Shown here: piece after piece, positions 36,782 to 49,400 of the stretch | Layout of the letters: every line of letters starts with the position of its first letter | Position numbering within the stretch: position 1 is the stretch's first letter | Notes under the pieces: generated by a model | What the model was told of the DNA's origin: nothing | Seen by the model: the letters and a program-made list of their open reading frames with translations, nothing else | Databases searched by the model: none | Position numbers and translations under genes: made by a program | Source: a virus | Taxonomy: Duplodnaviria; Caudoviricetes | DNA length: 64,000 nucleotides | Direction: 5' to 3' (one strand) | IMG/VR virus record: IMGVR_UViG_3300010429_001810 | Span: 1,283-65,282 of that record

Positions 36782-37515
36782 GTTTTAAATTTTACGTTTC
36801 GACCAATCAGCTTTTACGAGATCTAACAAAGCTATTAAAAGATGTTGAAAATTATCCTAAAACAAAATTAGGTGCGCCACGAATTGCCATTCAGTATGAA
36901 AATAATAAACAGTTTCAAGAAATTTTGAAAAAGAATTTAATTACTAATTTACGTAATTTGGGGGGTGGCTTTGCTTCGGGTCATTCCATAGTTGAAGACG
37001 AGTTGCAAGTGAATCCTGGATCAGGTTCTGGTAAGCGGGGTGTAGCTGCGTATCAAGCGGGATTTAAAAATACCGTTCGTGGAACAAAAGCTTTTAAGAT
37101 TGCCAGTATTTGGGATCAAGGTGGAATGATTTTTCCGCGTCAAGCCAAATATTTAACTCAACCTTTATCTGCTGGTAAACGTATTGATTTATCACCAAAA
37201 GAATTTGATGATGCAGAGCATGTAGCACAATTTTATCCGGGTAAAGGTCATGCATCAAGTCATCCATTGATACAACAGAGTGTTCATGGATTGATGGTGA
37301 TTCGTAAACGCCCTGTTAAATCTTTAGTACGGCGTAAAAAAGGTGAAAAGAGAAATTTGGGTGAACATGTAGCCACCTTTTTAGTATTGAATTATCAAAA
37401 ACATCTCAGTACTCAATGGATTTATCACGCTGCATTAAAAACTCGTACTGAAGTACTTCCTTTAATGATTAAAACAGGTAAAGAGTATATTAAATCTCAA
37501 AAGGTTTTGTCATGA
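36778..37515 (+). CDS. Neck/tail-completion protein
   Basis: Synteny; basic; GGMIFPRQAKYL. Confidence 0.55.
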   Translation: MSFKFYVSTNQLLRDLTKLLKDVENYPKTKLGAPRIAIQYENNKQFQEILKKNLITNLRNLGGGFASGHSIVEDELQVNPGSGSGKRGVAAYQAGFKNTVRGTKAFKIASIWDQGGMIFPRQAKYLTQPLSAGKRIDLSPKEFDDAEHVAQFYPGKGHASSHPLIQQSVHGLMVIRKRPVKSLVRRKKGEKRNLGEHVATFLVLNYQKHLSTQWIYHAALKTRTEVLPLMIKTGKEYIKSQKVLS

Positions 37516-37976
37516 TTTTGGCAGATCCACGCACGTTGATCATGGATGAAATGAAACGAAGATTAAACTTGGCGTTTCCCAATGTCATGCAATATGAAGG
37601 TGCCGGTTCAGTTTGGGGTGAATGGACAAGAGCATTACCGTGTATTCATATTTATGAACATACTGAAGAATGTAAAGGTAGTAAAATCGCTGCTAAAGAT
37701 GTATATTTAAACACCTTACCCGTACAAATAGAATTTGTTTCTAAATTACAAAATCAAGCATTATTATTTACTGAAGGAAGAAAAAAGCGATTAAGTTTAC
37801 GTCAAGCTATTGAATTAGACGACCGTTTCATGCAAAATAAAGGCTTGGAAGTGGAAGGCCCAAATTTGGTAGTCAGTTATTTAATGACCGCAAATGAAAT
37901 TGTACATGTAATACCTGGCGTAGTAGATGTTGCAGTGATTTACGATTTTGTTTACATCGAGAGATTTTTTGGTTAA
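37512..37976 (+). CDS. Tail terminator-like protein
   Basis: Synteny before the tail tube; LPCIHIY. Confidence 0.55.
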   Translation: MILADPRTLIMDEMKRRLNLAFPNVMQYEGAGSVWGEWTRALPCIHIYEHTEECKGSKIAAKDVYLNTLPVQIEFVSKLQNQALLFTEGRKKRLSLRQAIELDDRFMQNKGLEVEGPNLVVSYLMTANEIVHVIPGVVDVAVIYDFVYIERFFG

Positions 37977-37994
37977 CGATTGAGGAGTTTTTTC

Positions 37995-38999
37995 ATGTCT
38001 ACACCTAATGTTGAAAATTATACACTTGGCCGTGGGATGTTGTATTGGGATCCTTGGGATGCCACCAATTTGCGGTATGAAGGCGAACGTGCGCTAGGTA
38101 ATGCTCCTGAAATTAGCATCAACATGAATGCGACGTTCTTGGATCATTATTCGAGCATGAGCGGTTTCAAGTCGAAAGATAAGACTGTTGTTAATGAACT
38201 GGCTCCGCAGATCACATTTGCATTGGATGAGTTGGTTTCCGATAACTGGCAGATGCTAGTGTTTGGTAACAAGTCTACGATTACGCAGTCTGCCGACGAT
38301 TCCAACACACTCGCCATTGCTTCTCCGTTGAAAGATCGCTATTATGATCTTGGATTACGAGCGATTGCCAGTACTCGTATTACGCATGGCACGGTCACGG
38401 GTGGTCCTTTCCAGGTCGGTGAAACCATTACGGGCGGCACCAGCTCTAAGACTGCGGTTGTGGTTGAAGTCGGTTCCGGCTTTTTGATTGTGAATACGGT
38501 CAGTGGTGCTTTCACGGGTACACCCACTTTCGAAGAAATTACGGGTGGCACCAGTTCTGCTAAGGCCACTACGACCAGTAGCAATGTTGCAGTTTCGGGT
38601 GTGATTTCGTTGAAGACCACTTCCGGTTCGACGTATTATACAGCCGGTACTGATTATACGGTGGATGCGGTGAGTGGACGGGTTTACTTCCCTTCGACCT
38701 CGACCATTGTTGAAGGCACAAGCCTGACTGCGAATTTCGGTGTTGCTGCGACGACGTATGACAAGATCACTGCATTGACTGCGGTAGGTCAGGATGGCAA
38801 GATTCGTTATGTGTCCGACAACCCGGTGGGTGGTGCGAACGAAATGATCATTTGGAAGGTTCGTATCAAGCCGAATGGTGATACGGCGCTGATCGGTGAT
38901 GACTGGGCGCGTTTGCCGTTCCAAGGCGACATTCTGCGTGATGCCACTTATCATCCGACATCTCCTTACATGGATATGCTAGTCGTAGATCCTACCTAA
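37995..38999 (+). CDS. Major tail tube protein with an inserted beta domain
   Basis: NYTLGRG..Y, R.LGNAP, DHYSS..G....D, I.PNGD..LIGDDW; high-expression codon bias; terminator downstream. Confidence 0.85.
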   Translation: MSTPNVENYTLGRGMLYWDPWDATNLRYEGERALGNAPEISINMNATFLDHYSSMSGFKSKDKTVVNELAPQITFALDELVSDNWQMLVFGNKSTITQSADDSNTLAIASPLKDRYYDLGLRAIASTRITHGTVTGGPFQVGETITGGTSSKTAVVVEVGSGFLIVNTVSGAFTGTPTFEEITGGTSSAKATTTSSNVAVSGVISLKTTSGSTYYTAGTDYTVDAVSGRVYFPSTSTIVEGTSLTANFGVAATTYDKITALTAVGQDGKIRYVSDNPVGGANEMIIWKVRIKPNGDTALIGDDWARLPFQGDILRDATYHPTSPYMDMLVVDPT

Positions 39000-39028
39000 G
39001 TTAAATACTGTTAAACAGTATTAGGTAT

Positions 39029-39055
39029 AAGCCCATACATCGTATGGGCTTTTTT
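39029..39055 (+). terminator. Terminator after the tail tube gene
   Basis: AAGCCCATAC-atc-GTATGGGCTT followed by TTTT. Confidence 0.8.
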
Positions 39056-39070
39056 ATGGGTGTCATTTAT

Positions 39071-39646
39071 ATGAATTTTGAAAAGAATGTAAGAATTTAT
39101 GTTTTGCGTGATCCAGAAACACGCGAAATTCGTTATGTGGGTAAAACGGTGGGTTCATTGGAGAAACGTCTCAGTGAACATTTAAAATACAATGGTGCAG
39201 ATCATCGTAGTTTTTGGATACAGTCATTATTAAAACAAGGTCTGGAACCACTGATTGAACAAGTAGATGTTTGTTATGATTGTGAGTGGCAAGAAAAGGA
39301 AGCAATGTGGATTCGACAGTGTAAAGCATACGGCTACGATTTAACTAACGGTACTGAAGGTGGTGATGGTTGCACGGGTTGGAAACATACTGAAGAATCA
39401 CGAGAGAATTTAAGCAACGCTTTAAAAGGTCGAGTGTTTACTGAAGAATGGAAACAAAAATTAAAAGAAGGTCAAGCAAGAGCTAACAGTAATCCAGAAG
39501 TTCGTAAACGGAAAAGCTTAGCTAAAAAAGGTTGTAAACCAAATCTTTCAGACGAACAAAGAAAACGCAAATCAGAGATGACAACGGAAATGAATCTTCG
39601 TCGTTGGCATCCAAACGCATACAATGAAAACAGTTGCATTGAATAA
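39071..39646 (+). CDS. GIY-YIG homing endonuclease with NUMOD3-like motifs
   Basis: RIYVLRDP..IRYVGKT..KRLSEH, E..WI, LTN...GG.G, KHTEESR. Confidence 0.88.
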   Translation: MNFEKNVRIYVLRDPETREIRYVGKTVGSLEKRLSEHLKYNGADHRSFWIQSLLKQGLEPLIEQVDVCYDCEWQEKEAMWIRQCKAYGYDLTNGTEGGDGCTGWKHTEESRENLSNALKGRVFTEEWKQKLKEGQARANSNPEVRKRKSLAKKGCKPNLSDEQRKRKSEMTTEMNLRRWHPNAYNENSCIE

Positions 39647-39694
39647 AAATGTTTGTTATGCTACTTTTGCAACTCAAACAATTGGAGATGTTTC

Positions 39695-40129
39695 GTGGCT
39701 GACAAAGTAAAAAAACTAGCTGAGTCTGATTGGGAAATTCTTTTCCAAGCAACAGACTACAAAATTGGTTCCACCGTTTTAGAATTGACCCCATTATCTT
39801 TAGCCTCTTTAGCACGTATTACTCGTCGTTTGACGACGATTGTGGATAAAGTCAGTGCTTTAGAATTGAATTTAGAATCTTTAGGATCAGATGCCAGTAA
39901 AATTATTTTATTGGTAGAATTGTTGTTAACAGATTGTCCTGAAATTCTATCTGAATTATCCGGTTTGGATGTCAATGATGTACAACGTTTACCGTTAGAC
40001 ATTGCGGTAGAATTATTTAACGTGTGTGTCGATGTTAATTTACAATCCCAGGATAATTTAGTAAAAAACTTCAAGGGGTTGGGGGGCAAAGTAGCCAAGT
40101 TCATGAGCGGGACGAACACCGTTCAATAG
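39695..40129 (+). CDS. Tail assembly chaperone (G-like)
   Basis: Position before the tape measure gene; GTG start with GGAG RBS; slippery site near the 3' end. Confidence 0.75.
   Translation: MADKVKKLAESDWEILFQATDYKIGSTVLELTPLSLASLARITRRLTTIVDKVSALELNLESLGSDASKIILLVELLLTDCPEILSELSGLDVNDVQRLPLDIAVELFNVCVDVNLQSQDNLVKNFKGLGGKVAKFMSGTNTVQ
40063..40069 (+). other. Putative -1 frameshift slippery heptamer A AAA AAC
   Basis: The -1 frame is open from 40057 to the stop at 40410. Confidence 0.65.
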
Positions 40130-40134
40130 GCGCA

Positions 40135-40410
40135 TTGATTCAGTTCTTAGTGGATCATGGACATGCATGGAAGGATGTCCAAGGCTACACCCTCAGCCAG
40201 GTAGGAATCTTTTTAAAGGAAGCATCAAAGTTGGACGAAGCAAAACACAAACATGATATTTTAGCGGCATGGTTAGGTTTTAATTCGGATCAAAAAGGAT
40301 TGAAAAAAATCCTTGAAGAACAAGTTGTGAGTAAAAAACCAGAAGAGAAGCATAAAGAATATGCTGAAAACTGGAATAAATTGTCGGCATTTGTTCGACA
40401 AATGAGGTAG
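40135..40410 (+). CDS. Tail chaperone T-like segment (frameshift extension)
   Basis: In the -1 frame relative to the upstream chaperone; weak TTG start. Confidence 0.7.
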   Translation: MIQFLVDHGHAWKDVQGYTLSQVGIFLKEASKLDEAKHKHDILAAWLGFNSDQKGLKKILEEQVVSKKPEEKHKEYAENWNKLSAFVRQMR

Positions 40411-40414
40411 TTCG

Positions 40415-43400
40415 ATGGCTACAAATCAAGAAATCATCAATTTAGTTCTTAATTTTAAAACTGCCTTTGATGGTCAAAATCAATTAGAGTCTTTTTTAAA
40501 AAGTAATCAAAACGCATTAGCTGCGCTTACTACGGAAGGTGTTCAGCTTTCTGCATCGCTTTCAAAAGTTGTAACTACAGTTAATACTTTAAAAGGCATT
40601 TTAGAAACTGTACCTAAAGATGTTTTGTCTAATATTCTTTCTGGTAGTAAAGGTGATGCAGAAATTGCACCACTGATAGCAAAAACGAAAGAACTGAATG
40701 AAGCGATTACAGCTCTTAAGGAAGGTCTTAGTAAAAAGATAGATCTGTCTCAATTTGATAATATTAAAGAAGCTGTACAAAAAGTATTTTTACCCAATGT
40801 TGAAAGTAAAGGTACTTTAGATAAATTTGGAACGATGCTTGCTGATAATTTAAAAGCACAGTTTCAAAAATTAGCGTCTGGTGAGATTAATTTAAGTACA
40901 TTTTTAGATAATTTAATTCCAAAAGATGGATTTCCAAAAGGAAAAGCGTCGAAAGTTCTTTCAGATGCAACTGCTTTTGCTGCTGAATTAAAAGAAATTG
41001 TTGGTAAATTAAATGCTGATTCAAGTGTAGAAGGTCGTGCATCTGTTTTAAATGCCATTGCTAAACGTATATTGGATGGATCAGACGCTTTAAATACTGC
41101 TAAAGAAAGAGTTACAGTTAGTTCAACAGAATTATCAAAGGTAATTGAAAATTTAGTTAAAGTGGCTTCAATCTCCATGGAATTTGGAATTGTGCCGCCA
41201 AAAGATTTATTTAGTAAATTCCCCGAAGCATTTCGTACTCAAGGTGCAGAACAAACAGGTTTATTAAAAGGTGTTATTGATAAGATTTTTGAAGACGCAA
41301 AAGTTAATAATGTTGCTGTTGATAAGGTTAATTTTGGAAATATTTTAAAACAGATGGGGTTTGATGAAGCAGCCATCAATACCCAATTTAACAGTGTTGC
41401 CAATGCTATTGCTACACAAGTAGAAAATTTACAAAAAAGAGTTAATGAAGCTGTTGAGTTTAAAAAAATAACGGGTACTGACAATATCAGGGAACGTGTT
41501 ACAAAGCTTCAAGAAGATTTAAGTAAGCTTTTTAATGTAGGAATGCTTCAAGGTTTAGGATCTGCTTTTGAAACAGAATTCAAAGCAGCTCTTGATTCCC
41601 TAAAAGTTTTTGAAACCGGATCAACACAATCTTTAAAACAATTTCAGGATTTTGAAAAAGGTATTAATGCTTTAAAAGCTTCGTTAGCTGGAGGTGTTGC
41701 AGCCGATAATCCTGTTGCAAAATCTTTGTTTGCATTATTAGAAGCATATGAAAAAGTAGAAAAAGAGTTTAGACTTGATTTAGTATTAAAAACTCAAGAA
41801 GATGCACTCAAAAATTTTAAAACACGAGTAGATAGTTTAAAAGACAGTATTACAAGAAATGCACCTCAAGAAAAACAGTTTACATTTTCATCGACTGACG
41901 ATGCGGGTACTAAAGCCCTTAAAGAAAAAGAAGATGCTCTTGCTAAATTTAAAAGTTTAGCAGAACTCACTGCTAAACAAATTAGTGAATTAAAAGGTAA
42001 AATTTCTGATTTAGAAACAACGCAAAAATTACCTGCATTTGCTGGTCAACAAGGTGAAATACAAAAAACGATTAATGAGTATAACACTCTTAAAACGACA
42101 TTAGAAGCTCAACAAACTGCTTTAGCAAAAGAACAAGAATCTTGGACAAGAAGTTGGGAAAAGAAAACGGCTGATGTAAAAAAAGCTGAAGAAAGTGTTG
42201 CTAAATTTAATCGAACTTTAGACGAAAGTACCACTGCTAGTACTATTTCCAATGCTCTGAATCATGCTAAAGCGTTTGCGCAAATTGGTGTAGCATCGGA
42301 TGAAGCGAAAATTGCGTTACAAGGTGTATTTGCTCAATTTGGACAGTTTGGTGGTATCAGTAAAAATTCTATCCAAGCGATGGAAGACTTTCAAAGAGCC
42401 ATCAACACTTTATTTGCTTCGAGAGGTACGGGTAAAGATGCTGTAACTTTAATTGATTTAACAAATCTTCCAACACAAAGTCAAAGTTCAGCTAAAGCTC
42501 TTGAAATACTCGGTGAACAACTTTTTAAATTAACAGGAACATCTGCAGAAGCTAAAGAACAATTCAGACAACTAGCTTTCGCTCATGAATTTTTACAAAA
42601 AACAAGTCAAGGTGGTACTGAATTTGGAAAACAAATTGCTGAACTGTATGGTTTAGCACAAGCGGTACAATTATATACTGTAACTCTTGATGTTTTAAAA
42701 CAGCGTCAGGAGAATTATGTTGAAAATTTAACCAGAGTTAAAAGTGCTCAAATTGAAGTTAAAGCGGCTTTCGAAGCACTTCAAGTAGCACAAGTTCAAG
42801 GTAAAGATACTGCCCCTGCGGTTGCTCAGTTAGAAACAGCATATAAAAATTATGCTAAACAATTGGAAAATGCAGAAGCTCGATTAAAACAGCTAGAAAA
42901 TACTAAAAAAGATTTACAAAGTCAACAAACGACTTTAGGTTTTTCAGCAGCAAGTAGTGAACTTACTCTTTTAGAAGCTGCAATTAATAGTACTAAAAAA
43001 CAAATTAATGATCTAAAAGTTTCTGTTAGTAATTTAGGTACTGGAGGTAGTAAAACTTCTTTATTGTTTCAAGGCATTGTTGATGGAGTTAATAAAGGTA
43101 ATGAGGAAATTCAAACTGCATTATCTAAACTTCAAGTTCAAGCGGCAAGTAAACTAAATGTTGTTAGTCAAGATTTACAAACTGCATTGTCGAAGACAAT
43201 GGTAGGTAGTACATTAGCGACATCGATTAAAGATGGAATAAATGAATTAACAATTGCATTAAACGCCGCAGATCTTGGAAAAGCTTTAGAAGCTATTGGT
43301 AAAATAAGAGCTGATATTCAAACAGCCTTTACTACGAAATTAGCATCATCAACAGCAAGTAAAGAATTAGCTGATACATATTTAAAACCTTATCAAGAAT

Positions 43401-46400
43401 TATTAAAAGGTTTAGAATTTATTGCAAAAGGTTTTGAAGCAGCTATTCCAAAATTAGCGGCTCAACCTACACAACAAAAAGCGGTACAAAATCAATTAAC
43501 AGATATTCAAAATGCTATTAGAGCCACAGATCAAGTTTTAAGCACTTTTGGTACAACATCTACTGTTAAACAATTAGAAGAAAGATTTGGAAAGGTTAGA
43601 CAGAAAGCTGTTGAACTTGATGCTGAAATTACTAAACTCGGTAAAGGTTCCTTTGATTTAACAAAATACAACGAATTGAGTTTTCGATTTAAAGAGTTAA
43701 AAAATGAAGCTACTGCGATTGGTAAAGAGAGTATCGGTAAAGGTTTAAGTAATGAAATTATTGGTTTAAATGTTGTTTTAGCTACGGCTCAAGCATCATT
43801 AAAAGATTTTGGTAAATCAACAAATGTTACTGCTTTAGCATCACAAATTGATGCGTTAAAAGCAAAATTTCCTACATTAAGTCAAGATATCAGTAACATA
43901 GGTACGCTTTTAAAAGAGGCTTTTGCAGGAAATAAAACACTCATTGATGTTGCTCCTTTTAATACTTTAAGAGATAAAATTCAAGAAATTCGTAATGGTT
44001 TAACTGATCCAGCGGCAAAAAGACCTTACACCCAATTACTAACGCAACTTGATGAACTCATCAATAAAACATCGATATACAATGCGTTTGTTAAAGCAGG
44101 TGGTAGTAGAACAGATGTTGGTATCCAAACATACATGGATCGTACTGCTGTTGTTAATTCTATTAATAGTTTAAATCAATTAAATACGGCTTTAGTTGCT
44201 AATAAGATTGCTTTAAATGATTTCTTAATATCTGGTGATAAAACTAAGGAAGGCGCAGCAAAAGTTGCAGAAGGTTTTGCAACCACTGGAAAAGGAATTG
44301 AAACACTTACTGTTGAAATTGGTAGATTGTCAGGAGTTAGTTCAAATCTTCAAAAACATATTATTGCTTTACAAGCTGCTGGACAAGATGCTACTGGATT
44401 TATTCATCTTAAAGATAAAATAGATCAACTTATCCAAGCTAAAAAAGCTTTAGATGCTCAATTTAAAGGTGGAAGTCTTACTGGAGGACTAGAACAAGAT
44501 TTAAATAGATTAGCTACTGCTGAAACATTATTAAAACAATTTAAAACAGTAGGTGATAGTTTTAAAAATGCATCATTCTTTGATTCAACATCTTATAGTG
44601 CACGATTAGCTTATGAAGAAATTCAACGTTTGGAAACAGCGACTCGTAAAGCGCGTGATGATGCAGATAGAAGTTTAGCAGTAGGTCGTCCCAGTACAGT
44701 TAATCCAGAAGTTGCAGCGCAACTAAGAATACAACGTGCAGAATTAGATGCAAATATTAAATCACTGCAAGAAATGGGTGCGGTGTATGATCAATTGCGT
44801 TCTAAACCTAAAATTGAAGCTTTTCAACAATTAAAAACGACCTTAAGTGATTTATTTGCTAGTGGTGGCAGACAAGGCATTATTGATTATGGTGCGCAAT
44901 TTCAAACTACTATTGGAGAAATGCAACTAAAATTACTATCTTTAAAAGATGCTTCAATTCCATTAACTGAAACTTTTATTAATAATTTTAAAAGACAAGG
45001 TGAAAGTATTAATGAAGCGAGAAGTCGTTTAGATTCTTGGTTAGTTTTATTAGACACAATGAAGAACGCTGGAAAAGTGAATTTCCAGTTTGAAGGGGGT
45101 CAAGCTTCTATTGCTGCATTAATTTCTCTTTTTGAAAAAATGCAAGCGGCTGCTAAAGGAATTCAACAGCCCATTGAGCAAGCGTCAAATGATTTAAAAG
45201 ATCGTTTAGGTACGGCTACTGGACAAGCAGAACTTCGTATTAGTAATTTGATTACTAAATTTACCCAGTTACAAGATCGAATTAATACGCTAAATCCGGG
45301 TAGTTCGATTAATGAGATTTATGGCAGTGTCAAAGAATTAATGATGCTGTTAAATCAACCATATAAGACGGGTCCATTCTTCACATTACCTAAGGAAGGT
45401 TTTGCACCCATTCGTAATGAATTATTGGGTTTGTTAGAGATTGCTAAAACTGTAGCACACGGATTACAAACAAATTTAACTTTAATCACACCCGGTACTA
45501 CAAAATATAAAGATACAGAATTACAGATTAAAGCAGCACGAGAAGAAGTTGAACGCTTAACAGCGGCATCACAAAAACTCTCTGAATTTGAGAAAAATGC
45601 TTCACATTTTTCCGCACTCCGTGGCAATCTTCATGGCGCATCGACCACATTACAAGAACTTGCTCATGAAGGGGCTTTTATTTATAAAGGTCTTGAAGCG
45701 TTATTTAAGAATATTGCTAAAAACATTGCTCCGAAATTAGATTTTGATACCAGTGTTGTTACTGCGAAAGTAAAAGAACTCAATGATCAGTTTCGTGTAA
45801 CAGGTGTAGCTGCTACTGATCTTGAAAAGAAAATAAAAGAAGCTTTAAATGCACAAATAGGAGGTGGTGGTTTAGCCGCAGCACGAGAATATGAAAGAGC
45901 TTTTCAACAACTAGAAGAGGCGTTTGTGAAGTTCCGTTCGGGATTGACCCAAGCGGCAATGGGTTTTCAGATGTTGGGTGATGCTCTTTTAGAACCGTTC
46001 AAAAAAGCCAAAGAGGGGTTTGAACAATTTTCCGATACCATGGGCGTTGTGAATGCCGTTTCAAACGCCACACAAGCCCAATTTAAAGCGTTAACGGATC
46101 AAGCGCTACTGATGGGGGCTACCACACGCTTCACGGCGGAACAGGCCGCTGAGGGGCTTAAACAACTGGCTAAAGCGGGCTATACGGCAGAAGAACAAAT
46201 TGCTTCATTACCTACAGTGATGCGTTTAGCTCAAGCCGCAGCAACAGATCTAGCAACGGCTGCGACTGTGGCTACAGTCGTTATGAAAGAGTTTCGGATG
46301 GACCCGGATCAATTTAATGTAGCAGCAGATAAGATTACTTTAGCAGCGAATCGAACACTGGGTACTGTTGAAGATTTAGGATATTCATTTAAATATGTTG

Positions 46401-49400
46401 GTGCTCTTGCAGCAAATATTGGTGCTGATTTTGGTGATTTAACCGCAGCGATTGGTTTATTGCATAACGCAGGTTTGAAAGGGACGTTATCTGGCACCGC
46501 ATTACGTGGCATGTTGATGGCGCTGTACAATCCGACTCGTGATGAAACTAAATTGATCGCAGAGTTAGGTGAAAGGATTGGTGGTTTGGGATTACAGATT
46601 CAAGATGCTTCAGGTAATTTTGTTGGTTATGGAAAAATTGTTAAACAGTTAGAACAAGCGGGTATTACTACAGGTGAAGTTTTAAGATTTTTTGGTCAAC
46701 GGGCCGGGCCGGGTATGGCAGCTTTGTTGGCACAAGGAAGTGATGCATTACGAACATTGGAAGATGATTTACGAAATGCGGAAGGTACTACGGCTCACAT
46801 GGCTGAGATCATGGAGCAGACATTAAAAGGTCGATTGCTGTTGATGCGGTCGGCATTTGAAGCGTTGTCAGATAGTATTGGTCATAATTTAGAGCCAACA
46901 TTAGCGGGAGCCGCTAATGTTGTGGCTGATTTTGTCAGTCGCTTTGTTGCAATTCGTCAAGAATTTCCTGCATTAGCAACCGCAGTAGATCATGTATTAG
47001 CTGGTCTTGCATTATTTGCCAGTACTTTAGGTGGTTTAGCAGTCACTTTTGCATTTATCATTGTCCCCGTTAAACAATTTTGGGGATTTTTAAAGACTTT
47101 ATTAATAACTACGTGGGCTGGTTCCGCAGCTATCGGATCTTTAAGTGCTGCAATGGCATTTAATGCGGCAGTCGTTACAAGAACTGGGCTTGCTTTTGAA
47201 AGAGCAATGGTAGCAGAATTAGCAAAAGTTGGAGTTACTGCTGCTGATGCCTCAGCTACACAAATTCATACCGCTGTTACAGCGATTAATACAAAAGCTC
47301 TTTATGAACAAGCAGTAGCTTATGAAACGGCTACTGCTGGAGCTCTTCATCACGCTACGGCACAAGTAGGTCTTTGGGCCGGTATTAAAAACGCATTATC
47401 CATTGTGGGCGGTTTGTTACGAGGTTTACTGGGATGGTGGGGTTTAGCTATTGGTGCTGTTGCCGCTTTAGTTACTTTTACTTTACTTCATAGTAAGTCT
47501 GTATCACAGACTAATATTGAGTTAGAAAAACAGAATCAACTCATTGAATATAGCCGTAAAAGTGCTGTTAATTTAAATAAAGAGTTGATTAATACGTCTA
47601 CTGCATTAAAACGGAATCAACAAGCATTAGCTGACCTTAATAGTAAAGATAATCCAAAACGTGATTTAGTAGCGCCCGAAAATCAAACAACTGCAAAAAC
47701 GCAATTACAATTAGATATTGATCAAAATAAGAAAGATTTACAAAATCAGTTAAAACAACTCATCACTCAAATTACTGAATCTGGCTTTTTGAAAGATAAA
47801 CTGGTATTGGATGTCAGTTTTGATAAAGATGGTAATTTTGATAAATTTAAAGTTAAGGTTGTAGAAAGTAATGAAGTGATTAATGTTTTAGAAAATGGTT
47901 TAACGGGTATTGCAGATACTGGAAATCGAGTTACTTCAGTTATTAATTCTTTAAGTAACGCTCAACAACAATATAACAAACAGTTAGAATTGACTAATAT
48001 TTTAAAAGAAAAATTTTCTGAAGCTGGAAATGTTCAAATTTTAGGATTTGATACTGGTATTGCAATTGCTGAATTTGAAATTTTTAGTAAATCTTTTGAA
48101 AAAACTGAAAAAGAAATAAGAAATAAAATTTCTCTTTTAGAAGAATTAAAAAAAGCTTCAGAAAAATTAAATTCAGATACTAAATTAACTCGTAAAGATA
48201 TTAATTCATTACAATTACCATCTAACACAGATTATCTTAATTTAGAAGGTCAAAAAGCTGTTATTCAAAAATCTATTAATACATTAACGAATGAAATTAG
48301 TAAATTATCTTTAGATCAACAAACAACAATTGATAATGTTGTTAAAGCTTTCGTAGATAGAGCTGAAACTGTTTTAGGACGTTCCCAAACAGAAATTGCA
48401 ACAGCGGTTAATCGAAATGATTTATTGAAATTTTTTGTAGAAACTCAAAAAGGTCAAGCAAAATTACTTCCTCAAACGGCTGAAGAACTTACAAGAGCTC
48501 TAGATAATTATTATGAAACTTTGAAAAAAGGGTTATCCGCTAAACAGATTGTAGGTTCAAATCTTAAAACACCTGTGATTGGTTTGGTTAATGCAACTAA
48601 AGATGTTGCTACTTATTTAGAAGAAACTAATAAAGAATTAAAGAAAAAGATTGACGAACAAAAGAAAATCTTTGATGAAGCTAAAGTAGTTGTAGATGCA
48701 GTTAAAGCATATCAAACGGCCATTGCTGCTGCGGCAAAAGATACACTTGATGTAAAAAATCAAGAAATTGAATTTGAAGCGAAAATTAAAACAGAGAATT
48801 TAGATAGAAATTTTGAAGAACAATTGCGTAAATTAGAAGATGCTAATCGAGTTATTGATCTACCTTTTAAAGCTAAACTCATTACTGAAACTGCGGATAC
48901 ATCTGGATTTAAAGCACTCAGTGGTTTGTCAGGTCTATTACTAGATTATGAAAAGAAAAATACCGCAGAATTTGTTAAAATACAAAGTGCAAACAGTGAG
49001 CGAATTAAAGAAATTAAACTGATTGAATTGAATGATAAACAAGCAGCGACGACTCAATATTATCAAACTCTTAAAAATCATTATAGTATTGATAGTGCGG
49101 ACTATTTAAAAGCACAACAAGAGCAAGCTAGTGCAACAAAAGAGAATTTAGATTCACGATTGGAAGTCGTTCAAGATCATTTAAAAGATTTGTTAAAACT
49201 ATATCAAGACAATGCTAAAGCCATTATTGATCTTGAAAAACAAAAGAAACAATTCCAAGCAGCGATTGAACAAACGAAAGTCAATTTCGGCAATGCCCAA
49301 TTACTGCCCACAGAGCAATTACAAAAAGCTAAATTTGATTTAAGTACTCTTGATGCACAAATACAACAACTTTTAAAAGAAGAAAAATTTGATGACGCAA

